From a virus: a stretch of DNA of 40,172 nt. Below the pieces are notes generated by a model. That model was not told the origin of the DNA and made no database searches. It saw nothing but the letters and a program-made list of their open reading frames with translations. Location: UHGV virus genome UHGV-0207031. One strand, given 5' to 3'. The position numbers were made by a program, and so were the translations under genes. Of the stretch, positions 36,068 to 40,172 are shown piece after piece. Within the stretch, counting starts at the first letter, position 1; each line of letters starts with the position of its first letter.

Positions 36068-36396
36068 GCCGCCTCCCCGCGCAGTTCGCGCAAGTTATCC
36101 TCTGTCAGGGTCATGTTGCCGACCTCACGACTCAGCGCCCTTTCCATCCGCTCTACGCAGCCGCGGATACGGGTCATCTGCATTTCCGGGAACTGGCTGC
36201 GGGACATCTCGATCAGCGTGTTGTAGAGATTGCGGTTCTTCGCCTGGCGAGCCTTCACCTTTGCGCAGGCCCGGAGCGATTCGCCAATTTTGCGACCGTC
36301 AGCCCGGGCAGTAGCGCGGCATAACTCCAGCGTCAGGAGAGTTTCTGGGAACTCAGCGTATTGTGAGTTCATGATGATTTGCATTGCTGTGTTCAT
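36064..36396 (-). CDS. hypothetical protein (110 aa)
   Basis: Coupled to the primase-helicase gene. Confidence 0.5.
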   Translation of the reverse strand: MNTAMQIIMNSQYAEFPETLLTLELCRATARADGRKIGESLRACAKVKARQAKNRNLYNTLIEMSRSQFPEMQMTRIRGCVERMERALSREVGNMTLTEDNLRELRGEAA

Positions 36397-38276
36397 GTTC
36401 CTTGCCTCACGTTATCGCTGGCCCAGACCTCGTTGTATTCAGAGACCGGCATGTTGGCGATGTAGTTGAATGGGGATGCTGTTTCGGTGGGTAAGAACTG
36501 GTGAGAGTTGGCATCAAGGTAAAGCGGTATTCCGCCCTCCCATCCCTCTCCGTTACGCTGCTTCTCAAGCATAAGGACAGATGCAGGAGCAGCCAGCGCT
36601 TTGCGTTCCTTGTCATCCAGTTCCTCGCCCTGCTGGTCCTTCTGAATGGCTTTCTCACGAACCTTGTTACGCCAGATGATGAACAGGTTATCGGTGAGGT
36701 CGGTTATCGAACCTGAACCCTTAACGTCCATCTTGCCTGTAGGCTTCTCCTCGCTGTCTCCCTTGCGGCTATGGGTGACGAGCAGGACGTGAGTATTGGT
36801 TTTGTTCTTGAAGTCACACAGAGCGTCTACGAAGGCTTTCTGGCCGTTGTAGTCGTCATCCCCTATCCCGCATTTCATCAGGCTGTCGATGATGAACAGT
36901 TCGATGCCGTAACGCTTCCAGGCGTAGGTGAAGATTTCGATCAGCCGATCAGCTTTGGCGGTTCCTGTCAGGCCGAATAGCCATAGCCGGTCATCGTAAA
37001 ACTTGAAGGCTGATTCGATTTCAAGCTGCGGCGGCAGTTTCAGGCAGGTTGACTGCCGGGTCAGACGTTTCAGCAGGATGCCAGGCTTAATCTCCAGCGA
37101 GGCGACGCAGGTCTTAACCCCCTGACGCATGGCTTCCAGTGCCATATGCCCCACCACTTCGGTCTTGCCGTGGCCGTTGACACCGTTGACCAGAGTCAAC
37201 TCTGCCTGGCGGAACGCGAAGTTGTGATTCAGGCTATCCCACGGGCTGTAGAACAGGCTTTGTTCTTTGCCGTAGAAGGCGTTGATGGTGTCCTGATAAA
37301 ACTCCCTGGCGCTGTAAAGCTCCTCCGGATCGAAAAATGATGCCCGTTCCAGATATCCCACGATGTCATCGGAAGAGATTCCAGCCATCAGGCACTCGTT
37401 GATGTCTTTGTGAGGGAGTTTTACCAGGCGGCAGCGGTGCTCACCGAGGCGGGTTGCAATCTCTCTGGCGGCGGTCTGGCCTACTTCATCACTGTCCATG
37501 CTGATCCAGATCTCGTCGAACCGGTCCAGATTGTGATACTCGAACTCAATCCACTGCTGCTTGGCCCCCTTCCCCCCACCAAACGGCACAGACAGCGCCG
37601 GGAAGCCGTACTGGTAGTAACTCATACAGTCGATTTCACCTTCGCAGAGGATGACGATCCGCATGTTCTTTGGGATAGCCTGCCAGCCATACAGACACGG
37701 CTCACAGTCGCCCTCAGCCATGATGACCTTCTTCCCGTCAGGCCGTTCAGTGCTGATGCGCTTAACCTGCAACAGCTCACCGTCACGCTTGTATGGGAAT
37801 GCCAGTGCGTCCAGCTCTCGCTCTCCGTTCCAGACCTTGGCCGCGGCAACTTCGTAAAGCTTGGCCGTCTCTGCGGATATACCGCGAGTGGCAAGATATT
37901 CGATATGCTTTTCGGTTTTGGTGAGGTAACGGGAGATTTTCTTGCGGTCTGGCCGGGAGAATTTCTTTTGCTGCTTAGCTGCGAAGTGGTGATCGTCGTC
38001 CTTGATTCCCAGAAACTCTTTCGCTTCGGTCATCGCCTGGTGTAATCCGCAATCCCTGACAGCTACCCAGAGGTCCAGCAGATCGCCAGCGGTTCCCTCT
38101 GCAAAGTCAGACCAGACTTTCTTACCTGCCAGATTAACCTTGAGGCTCTTCCCTGACTCCCCGTTGATACTGCCTGCCACCCATTCGTGGCTCTCTCGCT
38201 TACCGTTTGGCAGCAGATATTTCGCCACCCTTTCGACCTGATTCCATAGCAGGTCACTCAATTCGCTAGGCGTCAT
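36393..38276 (-). CDS. bifunctional DNA primase/helicase-like replication protein
   Basis: 627 aa. Walker A GVNGHGKT in the C-terminal half. Occupies the lambda-P position downstream of the O-like gene. Confidence 0.65.
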   Translation of the reverse strand: MTPSELSDLLWNQVERVAKYLLPNGKRESHEWVAGSINGESGKSLKVNLAGKKVWSDFAEGTAGDLLDLWVAVRDCGLHQAMTEAKEFLGIKDDDHHFAAKQQKKFSRPDRKKISRYLTKTEKHIEYLATRGISAETAKLYEVAAAKVWNGERELDALAFPYKRDGELLQVKRISTERPDGKKVIMAEGDCEPCLYGWQAIPKNMRIVILCEGEIDCMSYYQYGFPALSVPFGGGKGAKQQWIEFEYHNLDRFDEIWISMDSDEVGQTAAREIATRLGEHRCRLVKLPHKDINECLMAGISSDDIVGYLERASFFDPEELYSAREFYQDTINAFYGKEQSLFYSPWDSLNHNFAFRQAELTLVNGVNGHGKTEVVGHMALEAMRQGVKTCVASLEIKPGILLKRLTRQSTCLKLPPQLEIESAFKFYDDRLWLFGLTGTAKADRLIEIFTYAWKRYGIELFIIDSLMKCGIGDDDYNGQKAFVDALCDFKNKTNTHVLLVTHSRKGDSEEKPTGKMDVKGSGSITDLTDNLFIIWRNKVREKAIQKDQQGEELDDKERKALAAPASVLMLEKQRNGEGWEGGIPLYLDANSHQFLPTETASPFNYIANMPVSEYNEVWASDNVRQGT

Positions 38277-38380
38277 GATGCCCTCAAATCAAACTTGTTG
38301 AACCAGTACCGGACAAACCCATCGCTCAGTAAGCCGTGGTTGTAACCGGCAATCAGCAATGCCTTGACCCGTGATTTCAT
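38273..38380 (-). CDS. 35-aa ORF between initiator and primase-helicase (MKSRVKALLIAGYNHGLLSDGFVRYWFNKFDLRAS)
   Basis: GAGGT RBS. ATGA overlap with the primase-helicase start. Confidence 0.3.
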   Translation of the reverse strand: MKSRVKALLIAGYNHGLLSDGFVRYWFNKFDLRAS

Positions 38381-38387
38381 CCCGACC

Positions 38388-39248
38388 TCAGTAGTAAACG
38401 TACCCACTCTTGCTGACGGTTACGGCTGGCTTCTGGCCGGAAGATTCAGGATCTGCAGCTGGCTTCTCGTCCTCCCACCGCTTGCCGTTCAGGTAGGTCG
38501 CAGGATGAAGTTTTTCGAACCCGAACTGCTTACCCATCCGGGAAGAGATATCTCCTGCAAGGAACGAAGCGAACTGGTCCGGGGTGCCACCGTTAGCGCG
38601 ACGCCACTCCTGGTACTGAGTTCTGAATGCTGACTTGGCGTTTTTCTTTCCGGTCTTACACATGCCTGCAAGCCAGAAAATCTTCTCGAATGCCTCGTCT
38701 GTCGCCTGGTGTTTGTTTGCAGGCTGAGGTGGTTTTTCGTCCTCCGCTCGAACTTGTTCGGGCAGAGTGTTTTTAATGTCTTTATTGTCTTTTGTAATAG
38801 TGTCTTTTGTGTTTGACTCTTTCGGTAAATCACTATTTACCGTTTCGGTGAATGTTTTCTTTACTGATTCGGTAAAGGTTTTACTGAATCCGTTAAACTT
38901 AGTTTTCCACTCTGAAATGTCCTTATTCATGCCAACCATTCGGCCAACCTGAGTGAGCACTCCCATCCTGATGAGTTCGTTTTTGGCGGTGGAGCATTTT
39001 GTTGCTGCCATCCCGGTAAGTGCTGCGAACTGGTCATTACCGATCCAGTCCACCTTCTTGTTGAACCCGTATGTCTTGCGCCACACAGCGATCACAATCA
39101 GCAGTTGGTGTTGAGTAAGGCCGGACAGCATCACGGCCTCCATCAGTGCATTAGCGGTTCGCGTGTAGCCATCATCAAGATCTGCCACCTGACGCTCCAC
39201 GACCGCCAGAGACGGTCTGATCGGTATTACTGTTGCAGGGCTACTCAT
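38388..39248 (-). CDS. replication initiator, lambda O-like (N-terminal DNA-binding domain; internal ori)
   Basis: LTQHQLLIVIAVWRKTYGFNKK N-domain resembles lambda O. Central KTFTE repeats encoded by iterons. Confidence 0.75.
   Translation of the reverse strand: MSSPATVIPIRPSLAVVERQVADLDDGYTRTANALMEAVMLSGLTQHQLLIVIAVWRKTYGFNKKVDWIGNDQFAALTGMAATKCSTAKNELIRMGVLTQVGRMVGMNKDISEWKTKFNGFSKTFTESVKKTFTETVNSDLPKESNTKDTITKDNKDIKNTLPEQVRAEDEKPPQPANKHQATDEAFEKIFWLAGMCKTGKKNAKSAFRTQYQEWRRANGGTPDQFASFLAGDISSRMGKQFGFEKLHPATYLNGKRWEDEKPAADPESSGQKPAVTVSKSGYVYY
38777..38895. repeat. origin-like iterons inside O-like gene: TGTCTTT(T) x3 (38777, 38787, 38801) and TTCGGTRAA x3 (38821, 38844, 38868; 23-24 bp spacing) then AT-rich stretch
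   Basis: Direct repeats seen in sequence. Lambda ori lies analogously inside O. Confidence 0.6.
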
Positions 39249-39387
39249 GACCGTTCTCCTTCCTCTTAAGTTCTTCGATGATGGCTCTCAGCTTTATGCC
39301 AACAGCCGGGTTACAGGATTTAATGAACCGGTCACGAGCAATATTTTTGTGTACTGCCGCCTGGTATAAACGAGGTTTTTTTGGCAT
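39241..39387 (-). CDS. 48-aa ORF between cII-like and O-like genes
   Basis: MPKKPRLYQAAVHKNIARDRFIKSCNPAVGIKLRAIIEELKRKENGHE. Its end overlaps the RBS of the O-like gene. Confidence 0.3.
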   Translation of the reverse strand: MPKKPRLYQAAVHKNIARDRFIKSCNPAVGIKLRAIIEELKRKENGHE

Positions 39388-39428
39388 ACTGACTCCTGAG
39401 ATTAGTGTTGTTGACGTGACACAGTTTC

Positions 39429-39713
39429 TTAAGCGTCCAGACTGCTACCAACAGCTGGACGTTTTTCATTTGTGAGTGCATTGAGCGCATGATGAAAGGC
39501 TCTACTGATAGGGCTGATATCTGATTCCATTCCGAACGAGCACAACACGGCCGCAATAAAGCGCCAGTCTGTCCGGCTAATCTTCGATTCATGACACCCC
39601 ACCATTTCCGCCAGCCCGCGCTGAGTAACCGCAGACAGATTGATGAGCAGATCGGTTTCGGCTCGATCTACGTCCTGACGTGTTGGCTTGCTGTAACTTG
39701 CTTTGTCCTTCAT
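39429..39713 (-). CDS. CII-like transcriptional activator
   Basis: ..AEMVGCHESKISRTDWRF..LTNEKRPAV parallels the lambda CII HTH and C-terminus as remembered. AAGGA RBS. Confidence 0.7.
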   Translation of the reverse strand: MKDKASYSKPTRQDVDRAETDLLINLSAVTQRGLAEMVGCHESKISRTDWRFIAAVLCSFGMESDISPISRAFHHALNALTNEKRPAVGSSLDA

Positions 39714-39852
39714 TGATAATTCCTTGTGTTGAATAAGTTAATTGGTTGTTTGTTTTGTTTATCGTGCACCATTGACAGTCAACCTTGACCACGCCGGGCA
39801 CCCGACCATATACCGGGCCGTTCGGTTATCAGTGGGGTACATCAAGCGGTTT

Positions 39853-40071
39853 TTATGCCGCCGGATGTGGGAAGAGTTCTGGGAGATCAGGTCTGATTTC
39901 ATGCGCCTTAATCTCACCACCTGTGGCATTTACGATTGCAGTCACTTTTTCTGGTGAAACAGCGCCGCCATTCAGCCACTTATGAACCGCTGGCTGGCTA
40001 ACGCCGCAGACATCTGCGAGTCGCTTCTGGCTGCCAACGATTTTCAGGGCTCGTTGAATAACTAAATTCAT
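39853..40071 (-). CDS. cro: Cro-like HTH regulator (YdaS/Cro family)
   Basis: 72 aa. KIVGSQKRLADVCGVSQPAVHKWLNGG HTH. Divergent from the repressor across the operator cluster. Confidence 0.75.
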   Translation of the reverse strand: MNLVIQRALKIVGSQKRLADVCGVSQPAVHKWLNGGAVSPEKVTAIVNATGGEIKAHEIRPDLPELFPHPAA

Positions 40072-40107
40072 GGGTTTTTCCTATCCGATTACTGGATTAA
40101 TGAAAAG

Positions 40108-40170
40108 ATAACTCAAGTTATGACCATTGTCCATAACCTTTGTTATTTTACTCTGCATAACCTCGGTTAT
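40108..40170. promoter_or_regulatory. OR operator cluster: ATAACtcaaGTTAT (40108-40121), ATAACctttGTTAT (40133-40146), ATAACctcgGTTAT (40157-40170); candidate PR -35 TGGACA/-10 TATCTT on minus strand
   Basis: Three 14-bp dyads at 24-25 bp centre spacing. Same consensus as OL. OR1 overlaps the PR spacer. Confidence 0.65.
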
Positions 40171-40172
40171 AT

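Noticed and set aside
1-40172. CRISPR arrays, IS elements/transposases, toxin-antitoxin pairs, restriction-modification or other multi-gene defence systems
   Set aside because: - No regularly spaced direct-repeat arrays were seen.
- No transposase-like ORFs or terminal inverted repeats were seen.
- The only methylase lacks a partner nuclease.

Overview
This 40.2-kb window reads as an essentially complete, circularly permuted genome of a temperate P22-like (Lederbergvirus-type) podovirus of an enterobacterial host. Everything below is read from sequence; no database searches were run.

- **Layout.**
  - The window opens inside the immunity region with a CI/C2-type repressor at 10-714 (HTH plus LexA-like S24 domain).
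  - A long plus-strand early-left (PL-type) operon follows. It carries small variable genes, an Erf single-strand annealing protein, a phage SSB, an orphan Dam-like methylase, a TraR/DksA-like zinc finger, a MazG-like pyrophosphatase, an AT-rich moron, an AlpA-type Xis and a P4-family tyrosine integrase.
  - The whole late and early-right genome is on the minus strand:
    - Cro, a CII-like activator, an O-like initiator with internal iterons, and a primase-helicase.
    - A nin-like region with NinB, NinG and a Ser/Thr phosphatase plus an inserted HNH homing endonuclease.
    - A Q-like antiterminator with a PR'/tR' cassette, followed by two phage tRNAs.
    - A lambda-type lysis cassette (holin, R-type transglycosylase, Rz/Rz1).
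    - TerS and TerL, portal, scaffold and coat, then a P22 gp4/10/26/14/7/20/16-type neck-needle-ejection module.
    - A chimeric tailspike.
  - A three-gene plus-strand operon sits between gp16 and the tailspike: an Mnt-like repressor, a secreted cysteine-flanked repeat protein, and a one-pass membrane protein.
- **Regulatory signals visible in the sequence.**
  - A 14-bp operator consensus ATAAC-N4-GTTAT occurs three times at the 3' end of the window (OR) and as one perfect plus three degenerate copies after cI (OL).
  - A probable attP lies between xis and int. It has a 14-nt tRNA-3'-end-like core (TGCAGGGGACACCA) flanked by arrays of AGTTCGC[C/A]A and GGGTAAAA/TTTTACCC repeats.
  - A perfect 22-bp direct repeat precedes two early genes.
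  - Several intrinsic terminators lie inside the early-left operon, and no recognisable N protein is present.
- **Most interesting candidates:**
  - The Mnt-driven secreted-protein/membrane-protein operon.
  - The attP architecture.
  - The first genes of the PL operon.
  - The tRNA-bearing late leader.

Coordinates derived by hand may be off by 1-2 bp.
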